From Candidatus Krumholzibacteriota bacterium (GTDB taxonomy: Bacteria; Krumholzibacteriota; Krumholzibacteriia; JAJRXK01), in the NCBI GenBank assembly GCA_963764625.1, contig CAVXTH010000006.1:640001-704000 (forward strand): a stretch of DNA of 64,000 nt, read 5' to 3'. Position 1 is the stretch's first letter. Each line of letters starts with the position of its first letter. This document shows, piece after piece, positions 16,619 through 25,600 of the stretch. A program made the translations under genes and the position numbers. The notes under the pieces are model-generated. The model made no database searches. It saw nothing but the letters and a program-made list of their open reading frames with translations, and was not told where the DNA came from.

Positions 16619-18078
16619 GGCTACCCGAGATTCGCCATGCGGCATCCAAGTTGGGTTTGGACATGGACCGTTCCTGGCAAATACTAGTCACACTCGTCTT
16701 GGGAGTGATTGGGGCATACTTGGTCACCAGCGTAGTGATCGATACTTCCAAGCGGAATGTCGAAATCTTGGCCGGCCTCATCTTCTTGGGCTTCGTCTTG
16801 GTGGCGCACCCTTATAAGGCTCTGCTTTTCACAGTAGTTGTTTTGTTCTTTCCGGCTTCGACCACGGTAGGTACGACGAGTACCCTTCTCATATTTGCAG
16901 TGGGTGGCTTGGTGATGATGAAGTCACGCCTATTGCACATTCCCACTCCATTCGTGAACAAGAATGCAGACATGGCCATCGTGGCCTTTCTCGTCACGAT
17001 GCTGCTCAGTCTGTACGCTCAGAATTTCTCAGATCCGAAAGCGGTTGCAAGGCCACTGACCGGTTTCGTTTCGGCAATCATCCTGTATTACATAGTGATT
17101 CAACTGGTTGTCACGAAGGAGAAGTTCTTCAGGATCGTTTCATTGTTTCAGACCATGGCAATCATCATGGGCCTCCTCGCGATCCTCCAGTATCTCTTTC
17201 CGCAAAAGCACTTTCTCCCCCAGTTCTTCGCATTCTCCAAAGAAATTGCCACGGCTGAAGAAATCCGTATGGGAGAAGTGAGAGCCTCTGCGACGTTCAG
17301 CGGTTTCGAGATTTTCGCAGAGTTTTGTGTGATTTCGATTTTCCTTCAGTACTTTCTTTTTCGGCGGACGCGAAGCATCAACAGTAAACTTTTCTGGCTC
17401 ACCGGCATCGCAATCATGCTCTTCGCGCTATTCGGAACTGGAACGCGAGCTGGTATCATCGTCCTGGGTTTTGGGGTCATGTATGCCATCATCACTTCAG
17501 GCTTGGCTCTGCCTCGGAAAGACTTACTGAGAGTCGTGTTCTTCGGAATGGTGGTGTTTTATCTCATTCTTCCCTTCGTGGGCAGCTACACCAGCATGAT
17601 GTTCTCACGGCTGTCTACACTTGGCACGAACGACAGTAGCGTTCACAGCCGCGAAATCGTTATGAAACAGGCCCTGGAGGCCATACCGGGCAGTCCGCTC
17701 ATTGGGCATGGTATCTACACACCGGAAGGCACTTTTCGAGGGGGAGCGAGCCAGAACATCCACTCTCTCTACGTATCTCTGGCCTACAAGATGGGCATTC
17801 CGAACCTGCTGGCGTTTCTGTGGCTAGCATCAATTCTCGTGCGGACTAGCTGGAAGCGTAGTCAAGACCGAACGGTGCCAAGAGAGTTGAGAGAATTCAT
17901 GTTCGTTCTTCACGTCATACTCGTGATGTTTCTGTTGGATGAGGTAAAGATCGAGTTCTTGCGTTCGGCACAGAGCTCTCACGTAGTATTCCTATACTTC
18001 GCCTTCATCATGAGTCTGAACCAGATCATTCAGCGCAGCCGCTACAGCGATCTACCGAGTTCCAACCGAGTTTACTAG
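16615..18078 (+). CDS. O-antigen ligase/Wzy polymerase family membrane protein
   Basis: Motifs RASATF, TGTRAG, PLIGHG, NIHSLY...MGI (Wzy_C pattern); many TM helices. Confidence 0.85.
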   Translation: MRLPEIRHAASKLGLDMDRSWQILVTLVLGVIGAYLVTSVVIDTSKRNVEILAGLIFLGFVLVAHPYKALLFTVVVLFFPASTTVGTTSTLLIFAVGGLVMMKSRLLHIPTPFVNKNADMAIVAFLVTMLLSLYAQNFSDPKAVARPLTGFVSAIILYYIVIQLVVTKEKFFRIVSLFQTMAIIMGLLAILQYLFPQKHFLPQFFAFSKEIATAEEIRMGEVRASATFSGFEIFAEFCVISIFLQYFLFRRTRSINSKLFWLTGIAIMLFALFGTGTRAGIIVLGFGVMYAIITSGLALPRKDLLRVVFFGMVVFYLILPFVGSYTSMMFSRLSTLGTNDSSVHSREIVMKQALEAIPGSPLIGHGIYTPEGTFRGGASQNIHSLYVSLAYKMGIPNLLAFLWLASILVRTSWKRSQDRTVPRELREFMFVLHVILVMFLLDEVKIEFLRSAQSSHVVFLYFAFIMSLNQIIQRSRYSDLPSSNRVY

Positions 18079-18614
18079 TGCTTGGATTTCTCTCGAATTG
18101 GCCGCAAGTTCTTGAAGAATTCGAAGACAGGGGTGCTTCGCCCCAGGACCACTCCGCACTTGGCAACCGGGTGAGCGGGGTTGCCCGAGGCCATCGTCAT
18201 GGGTGGAATGGATCGAGAGACCACGCTGCCAGCGGTAATCACTGCTCCTCTTCCGATCCTGACGTTTGGTAGGATCAGCGCCCCGGCTCCGATGACGACA
18301 TCATCTTCGATACGAACGGAGAAGTCGGTGGGCCGATATTCCTTGCGGTCCGCTTTGATTTGCCCTCTATAGTGCGCCAGGATTGTCGATCGAACTCCAA
18401 TGTCGACGCCATTGCCGATCGAAACGAGATACGGACGCGAGGTCTCTATCAAAGCTCCCGAGCTGATGAAACAGTTGCTGCCGATTCTCACACCACGGCT
18501 CCGATGGATCCAGACGCGGATAGTCTCGGCGCCGGGAGCCACTTGCAGGAAAATTTGCATGAGGTGGTTGTGGATGCCCCAAAGAAGGCCCCGCCTTCCG
18601 AAGATCCCTGCCAT
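18075..18614 (-). CDS. Hexapeptide-repeat (left-handed beta-helix) acyltransferase
   Basis: GVRIGSNCFI and VRIEDDVVIGAGALILPNVRIGRGAVITAGSVV...GNPA. Confidence 0.9.
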   Translation of the reverse strand: MAGIFGRRGLLWGIHNHLMQIFLQVAPGAETIRVWIHRSRGVRIGSNCFISSGALIETSRPYLVSIGNGVDIGVRSTILAHYRGQIKADRKEYRPTDFSVRIEDDVVIGAGALILPNVRIGRGAVITAGSVVSRSIPPMTMASGNPAHPVAKCGVVLGRSTPVFEFFKNLRPIREKSKH

Positions 18615-18637
18615 CTTCTTCTCCTAGGTGTGTCGAA

Positions 18638-18913
18638 TCATTCCGACCTGTCACCGTGCTTGGCGACAAAATCGGCGAAGGGTCCTATCCGCGTGAGGTC
18701 CTCCGGATCGATCGAATCCAGGTCGAGGTTGATCTGGAACTTCTCTTCCACCGCGGTAACCAATTCCAGAACTCCGAGAGAGTCGATGATTCCTTCAAGC
18801 ATGAGGTCGAAGGAATCGGGAACCTGCTCCTCGGTCATACCGATCGCTTCGAAGGAATCGGAGTAGAGTTCCATGAGGAAGATCTTGACCTCGCGGGGAT
18901 CGATCGTAGTCAT
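18638..18913 (-). CDS. Acyl/aminoacyl carrier protein (DltC-like)
   Basis: Acidic 91-aa protein with phosphopantetheine motif GIIDSLGVLELV; start ATG overlaps the upstream stop. Confidence 0.88.
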   Translation of the reverse strand: MTTIDPREVKIFLMELYSDSFEAIGMTEEQVPDSFDLMLEGIIDSLGVLELVTAVEEKFQINLDLDSIDPEDLTRIGPFADFVAKHGDRSE

Positions 18914-20550
18914 TGGGGCTTCTCCAAGAGGTTTAGGATCGCGGATCGATCGAGCTTCCCGTGTGTGCTTCTGGGCAAGCGTGGGATGAAATGCACGTTG
19001 CGGGGAATCATATACTCCGGAAGACGTCGAGCAATACCAGAAAGAACGTCGCGGGAATCGAGGGTCGTACCCTCGATAAACAACTCGATTCCGTCCGCTG
19101 TGCCGTCGTCCCTCTGCGGCCAAGCGAGGGCCACGATGGCATCGGTGCCACAGATCTCACGAGCCGCCGCTTCCACCTCTCCCAATTCGACTCGATGCCC
19201 GCGGATTTGAACTTGATAGTCGACGCGGCCAAAGTAAGTCATGGGGGTGGTGGGGTCTAGCGGTCTGCGGACCCTGTCTCCGGTTCGAAAGTGTATCCTA
19301 TCTTTTCCGGGTGGTGTGAAGAAAGACGCTCGAGTCCTTTCCGGGTCCTGCCAGTATCCACCCGCCAGCTGATCACCCGCGATGTACAAATCCCCGAGCG
19401 AGCCAGGGGACACTTCCTCCATGGAGGAATCGAGAACTGCATATTCCATTCCCGGATTGATGAAGCCCAGCGGAGTGATACCCTGTTCGCATTCACTGGG
19501 AGATCGATTTTGGTCCCAGCGGTAATGGAAGCACTCGACGGTGGCTTCGGTTGGGCCGTAGAGATTGTCGACACTCGAATTCGGCGCTGCGTACGTCCAC
19601 GCGGCCGCTAGCTCGCCGTGGAGAGCCTCCCCTCCGAACAAGCTCCAGCGCAAGGATGGAAAGACCCCAGGTTTCAGGACTCCGAAGCGCTTCATGAAGG
19701 AGGCGATCGAAGGAACCGAAAACCAGAAACTGAGCTCATGTTCGCGGATGAAACGGCTTGGCTGCATCAGCATCTTCTTGGTCGGAACGATGACGCTCGC
19801 ACCACGAGCCCACGGAAGAAACAGGTCGATCACGGATCCGTCGAAAGTAAGTTCATAACACTGCGAGCAACGATCACGGTCGTTCAGAGGATAGATCGTC
19901 TCCAGACAACTGAGGAGCGAGTGAGCGTTACGATGTTTGATTGCCACTCCTTTGGGGCTTCCAGTGCTGCCTGAAGTGAACAGCAGATAGGCATAGTCTT
20001 CGGAACGTGGGTGAGGGTCTTTCCATGACTCGGGAGAAGCCAGCCGGCTGGTTGCCGGATAGCGAGGATCGAGCTTGGAAGAGAGTTGAGCAGTTTCTGA
20101 TTCGAAACCTGCGACGATGATGTACGGCGGTTCGCTCATCTCCGCCAAGAGGTCGGGAAGGGCATTCAGTGCTCGAACGTCCACGATGAGGATCCTGGCC
20201 TTCGCGCGTTCGAGCAGAGCCCGGTTGCGGCCCGAAGGGAAATGGGGATTGAGGGGCAGGTAGCACTTTCCCGCGAGGAGCGTCCCGAGAATGCCTTGAT
20301 AGGCGCCAAGTTCTCGATAGCCGAGGATTCCGACCACGGTCGTGGCGCTCGTCTCAGACACAGCCTGAATTGTGCCCGCTAACGCCAAAGAACTCTCGAG
20401 CAGTTCCTCATAGGTCAGAGTCAGCCCACTCACCACGAGAGCTGGAGATTTCGCATAGCGTTGCGCCGCGCGCATGAAGTCCGTCGCCAGTCCCAAGGGC
20501 TTGCTCGAGTCATGATCGTCAAAGTGCGGTCCCGGACTACCGGTTGGCAT
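18910..20550 (-). CDS. Stand-alone amino-acid adenylation enzyme (DltA-like)
   Basis: Motifs YLLFTSGSTGSPKGV, FDGSV, NLYGPTEAT, FRTGD, GRVDYQVQIRGHRVELGEVE, LPEYMIP, GKLDR. Confidence 0.93.
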   Translation of the reverse strand: MPTGSPGPHFDDHDSSKPLGLATDFMRAAQRYAKSPALVVSGLTLTYEELLESSLALAGTIQAVSETSATTVVGILGYRELGAYQGILGTLLAGKCYLPLNPHFPSGRNRALLERAKARILIVDVRALNALPDLLAEMSEPPYIIVAGFESETAQLSSKLDPRYPATSRLASPESWKDPHPRSEDYAYLLFTSGSTGSPKGVAIKHRNAHSLLSCLETIYPLNDRDRCSQCYELTFDGSVIDLFLPWARGASVIVPTKKMLMQPSRFIREHELSFWFSVPSIASFMKRFGVLKPGVFPSLRWSLFGGEALHGELAAAWTYAAPNSSVDNLYGPTEATVECFHYRWDQNRSPSECEQGITPLGFINPGMEYAVLDSSMEEVSPGSLGDLYIAGDQLAGGYWQDPERTRASFFTPPGKDRIHFRTGDRVRRPLDPTTPMTYFGRVDYQVQIRGHRVELGEVEAAAREICGTDAIVALAWPQRDDGTADGIELFIEGTTLDSRDVLSGIARRLPEYMIPRNVHFIPRLPRSTHGKLDRSAILNLLEKPQ

Positions 20551-21817
20551 AGTCTTGCCCCTTTTTCATCCGTGCGGCCGTGAGGAAGTATTGAGGAACA
20601 AAAGCGAGAATTCGCATCGAATTCACGGGATGTTTCAGGTAATTCCACACGCCGAAGTAGAGAGGATGCATGACGGGCACGAATACCCCACCAACTCGAC
20701 TCGCCGCATCGAAGTGGGCGATGTATTCTGTGCTCAGATGGTCGGTGAAGTTACCCTCTTGGGGCACGGAAATGTCCGCGAAATGCTGCCCGATACTCAG
20801 AGTGCCGCGAGTCCGTTCGTCGAGGGGGATGTACAAGGGCAAGTAGTAGCGATTCCTGAAGAGGGTATCATATCGGAACCCGGCCGATTCGACGATATGG
20901 CGCGTTTCACTCGTGGTGTTACTTCTCAGCTCGCCTCCGTGCATGCAAACGCCTAGGACTTCTTGTCCAATCAGTTGCTCGAGACAGTTCTTTTCGTGCT
21001 TTGCTGCCTCCAGCTCGTCGCATCCCAGCCGTTCACTGGTCGATACGAATTCACCATGCAGGGCTAGTTCATGTCCAGTGTTGAGCGCCCTGAGCTGCTT
21101 GATTTCGGATTTGCCATAGAACATTCCGAGCGGCCTTAGGTACCAGGTACTACGAAGCGAAAAATTCTCCTCCAGAGCGCGAATGGCCGGGAGATTGACG
21201 ATCGCTTTGTCAACGTCGTACCGAACGGACAGTGCCATGCGATAGGGACGATCCCCACGCGCCGGCCAGTGCCACAGTCTGAGCTCTGGAAGGCCCTGGT
21301 CGTGGTGCGCCTGTGTGACGAACTCACGGAACGTTCTCAACAGATCTGGCTCGTAGCGCTGGTGCTGGAGCGCGTGCACATGGAGTGACTCGACACAGCG
21401 GACGAGATCTGGCGGAGGGGAGGCGGTGTCCGCGAGTCGCAAATGGGATGTTCCCAGATGCGCAAGTAGCTCACGAACGAAAGAGCCGAGTCGGTGCGCC
21501 GAAGGGAAAGGGAAGCTGAAATCGAGGCGGAAGTCAGAAGGGCACGAGATGGAGGTCGGAAGGACACGAAGGGTTCCACGATCGAGTTCGAGTACACTGT
21601 CTGAGAGAGAACAAGAGATGGAGAGCGATGAGTTTCCATCCGAGTTGAACTGCAGAGTCTTGGCATTGCGAGCGGTCCACCAAGCGGCGATTTCTCCTTG
21701 CGGGACGAGCCAGACATCCCCATGCGATGTTGCATGTTCCAAGAGCACGCGATACGCGATGCCGTCTTGCATGTGTCGATGACGATTCAAGGTCCGCCGA
21801 ATTGTTGCCAGATTCAT
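20537..21817 (-). CDS. Polysaccharide deacetylase-like (NodB/CE4-like barrel) protein
   Basis: Motifs VRYDVD, GHELALHG, GVCMHG, GFRYDT, GGVFVPVMHP. Confidence 0.7.
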   Translation of the reverse strand: MNLATIRRTLNRHRHMQDGIAYRVLLEHATSHGDVWLVPQGEIAAWWTARNAKTLQFNSDGNSSLSISCSLSDSVLELDRGTLRVLPTSISCPSDFRLDFSFPFPSAHRLGSFVRELLAHLGTSHLRLADTASPPPDLVRCVESLHVHALQHQRYEPDLLRTFREFVTQAHHDQGLPELRLWHWPARGDRPYRMALSVRYDVDKAIVNLPAIRALEENFSLRSTWYLRPLGMFYGKSEIKQLRALNTGHELALHGEFVSTSERLGCDELEAAKHEKNCLEQLIGQEVLGVCMHGGELRSNTTSETRHIVESAGFRYDTLFRNRYYLPLYIPLDERTRGTLSIGQHFADISVPQEGNFTDHLSTEYIAHFDAASRVGGVFVPVMHPLYFGVWNYLKHPVNSMRILAFVPQYFLTAARMKKGQDYANR

Positions 21818-22610
21818 GGCGAGAGGCTCTTTCTGTCGTGTCGTCCCGTCACGCTGGAAACACGCTCGCCGGCCGTCTTTTCGACTGTCCGTGGCGTCTA
21901 GGATAGAATCTTTAGAATAGCAGTAAAGACGCGTTGTTTCAAGTAGTTAGGAGTCAGGCAAGCTCGCTGCCGACACGCCCTTCGGGGCCAGCGGGCAGAG
22001 CCTGGAAGTTCGAGGCGTCTGCCTCGAGATGCCGGGTACCAGCGGAGTGAAGACGCGAAGGACCTGGGGCGTTGGGACCGTGCTTGGCGCGATTTCTGAG
22101 TTACCACCATCGTTCATCAAGAGCGGCTGCGCGCTCGGGTTGGCGGGGAAAGTACGGGTGCATGACGAAGGCGAGTAAACCGTGGTCTGAGCTGGTTACG
22201 TCCTTTCGATAACCAAGAGTAAGCACTTGACACGAGTCCAGAGTGATCACTAGTCTAGCCAACGTACCAGGGATTGGCGACACACCGGTTCTTGGAAGTG
22301 CTCCCAGCACAACGTATCGACAGTTCGATCCGCCTGTTGACGCGTCAGCGTTGGAAGTGTGCTATGGTCGCTCCCAAGGTGCAATATTACGCCTGCTCTT
22401 TCCCGCAGCCGCACTCGAGAGTCGTTTCCTCTAGTAGAGTTTCAACGCGTTCCAAGCCAATACCGGGCACGGTATCAAGCTCCAAATCTGGACTTGGTAC
22501 TGCGCCAAGGTATGTATGGTTCCATCAGCACGTGGTGCCATAGATGAGGTTGAACAGGACAAGAAAGAAGTGGTGTGAAGGTCATATTCAGTCTTGGAGG
22601 AGGCATCTCA

Positions 22611-25600
22611 ATGTCGAGGATATTCAGGTTCCTGGTCTTCATCGGTCTAGTCATAGTTACCAGCCTCGGAGGACCGAAAGTCGCCGCGGCCAATCCGGGT
22701 ATTTCGAGCATCAGCTATGGACGGTTCGCAGGTTGGCCGTTGCAGAAGGTCAATTGCGAGAGAGACACGCTCTTCTACGAAGGGGATCTGACAAAGCGTA
22801 TTGGACTCGATTACATCGAGCGCGACGGAAAGGACGTGCACGGCGTGCCCTGGAGGGTGTACTTCGGCTGGACCAGCGATAGCGTTACACCGGAAGCGTT
22901 TCCGAAAACTACAGGAGATGGGCATCGTGCACCGAATATGTCGGTCGAGACCACGGAAGCCTCGTGGATCCACAAGCGGTTCACGGTAACCAGAGATTTC
23001 AGCGGCGAATCCTACGTCGACACCGTCCGAGTAACGTCAGCGACTCTCGGGACTTGGATATCCAGTGACTTGAACCGCTTCTATCTAGACTACGCCGCCG
23101 CCGCTCCGACTCCTCTATCGATGACTCGCTTTACGCAGTATGCTGCCTTTGACAGCACGGGAACGATCGGCGCACATCCCATTCCAGCCTCTGGAACGAG
23201 AATTCCCATCACACCCCAGGTCGGCAGTGACAAGAATTGGATTCTCTTTTGGGGAAATCATAACGATGGACAGGGACCAATCATCCCGTTGATGGTCAGC
23301 TTCTCTGCCGGGTGTGATTCGATTGCGTTCACTGCATACTACTCAAGAGCCAACGAGAGATTCATCGAATTTCAGTTCGATGGGAATCAAGGCGGTTCCG
23401 TGAATCGGGTAGCTCTTAGCTTTCCATTCGGACTCTATGCCTTTTCGTACCCCTTGATTGCGGAAACCATATTTGGTGATGGCTCTTCGTTACCTTCGGC
23501 ATGTACGCAGGCACATCAGCTCGCGTGCAGTCCACCGAGAGTGCTGACGGAGGACTACGTGGATGATGGTACGACTGTTACGATCACCAATACGGTGACG
23601 AGTCGCGAGAAACTCGATCCGGCAACCCCGTCTCAATTCAGGTATGTTCCACTGCCTCCACTCGTCACCTATGCGGCCAGCCGGTCCGCCAATCTGGCGA
23701 CTGTACCAGCCGGCTTGCAGGGATTCGCTCGGACGAAGTACGGCACTCTAAAGTTTCTGGATGGGACGGATCAGGTCTCGTACTCGATCGCTTCCGCGCC
23801 ACCCCACGACATCCACTTCGTGCCCAATGATCGGCTGGGAAGAACCATCGATCAGGACATGGCGGATCGGATGATTAACACTTGGATCGATGGATCGCGG
23901 AGAACCAGAGATGACTTCTTCAGTCAGATGAACAATCGCGGCGCGCAGGCGGCGCTCATGCTTGCAACGCCGGAAACACAGAGGCGCTATCGGGATCGCG
24001 TCAATGACATCGTGGAGGACATGTTCGATCCCAATCTTGTGCCCGCCTCGGGATTGTGTTCCAATTTAGGAGGGATGAAACCGTTCACAGTGGATGAGCC
24101 TGCTGAAACCCTGGAGTTCACGAATTTGGTCTGGAGGGGCACTGCGTCTGGAAACGGAGAATATCCCTACGACCTCGATGCCAGCGCTGGCACTGCACTG
24201 GAGTTCCTCTACGAGTACCTACTCTGGGATTCTGATCGTGCTCATACTTTCATCGCAAACCACTTCGGCGGAAACGGTGATTACTCCAATACGATCTATG
24301 GTCTCTATCGTTCTCTAGAGATCTTTCAGGACTGGAGCTACATGTCCGCCAGCCATGACCTCTGGGGAGGAACTGGTGGGATCATGGACATGTTCGCCGC
24401 CGAATACGCAGCCTATCATTCGTTCGCGGAGATCGCCGATGACCTTGGGTATACCGAGGAGGCGAATCGTGCTCGGTATCTCCAGGCCAAAGCCCAAATT
24501 CCTTTCATGATGCGATGGGTCATGAAAGATTCATATCTATTGGACTACTACAAGTTCCTACCGTCGAGTTATGGAACCGCGGTTCTGTCCGGTTTCGGAG
24601 AGGATGAACCGTCCGGACCGTTGGGGCCAACAACCGTCTTTACGCAAGAAGACTGGGCAGATTGGACGATATCGGGAGAACGACTCCACCTGCTGGGAGA
24701 AGATGTCTATCAAGACCTCCTCGAACCGAATCTTCCCGGAAATTACTCCAGCTTCGTATCTCTCCAAGTGGGTACACCCTTGACCTACGGAGCAAAGGGC
24801 GCTCCGAGAGCGGGATTTCCCGAAGCAAAGGTGTGGGCAGCTCTGAAAAATGGAGATTTCGGAGTCGGGTCAGGCAGGGATCGGCAAAGCGCACTCGATC
24901 TCATCGATGCCGTGACTCGCCCCTTGGATGGAGAGGCGACGGACGTGCTGTTGAACGTAAAACCCATTTATCGCTCCTGGAAACCCGAGGGAGGAACGTG
25001 GTACGGATGGGACAACAGCGTCTTCAGCACGACTGAATCGGACACCTTGGGTTGGTTTGGACAAGCTCCCGAGCCATCTCCAGTCTACGCGGGTATTCTC
25101 GAGAGTTTTGCCTCTCCCGTCTTCGTCGGGGGCTGGACGGGAATGAACATCACGGGATTCAGCTACGATGAGCAGCTTCACCAGTTGACAGTGAATGTCG
25201 CTCCAACCAGTGCTTCGGGAACGGTGTACGTGAGCTCTCTCGATGGTCTGGGCGTACAGAATCGCTGGAACGTATTGCCCGTTACCTGCACTCCAGGGAC
25301 GAACGTCATCGATCTTCCCACGGTAGGCGGCTCCCTCTCGTCCGCTTTGATCAGCTCTCCGGGAGAACCGGGAGTGCTATGCACCGAAAACTTCGAGAAC
25401 ATGGGTGGCGGACGAAGCAACATCGAGAAAGGGTGGACGGGTGATCACGTCTCGGTGCGAGCCGATCCGCTGGATTCGTCGAATCGCGGCCTCTTCATGA
25501 AGAGCGAGTCGGGAAAACAGAGCTATGCGCTCACTTATGAGCCAAGTGATTCCACTGATGTGATGGTGAAGCTGAGTTTCCGTTATCGCGTTCCCACTGA

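Noticed and set aside
18638-20550. NRPS secondary-metabolite cluster or canonical dlt operon
   Set aside because: There are no condensation or thioesterase domains and no DltB/DltD; the context is glycan biosynthesis.
21937-21949. IHF-like site TTTCAAGTAGTTA in the long divergent intergenic region
   Set aside because: It has one mismatch to a short degenerate consensus, which is too weak to call.
21818-22610. Small ORFs or an ncRNA in the ~790-bp intergenic region
   Set aside because: The short ORFs lack RBS or motif support, and I recognised no tRNA or known RNA structure.
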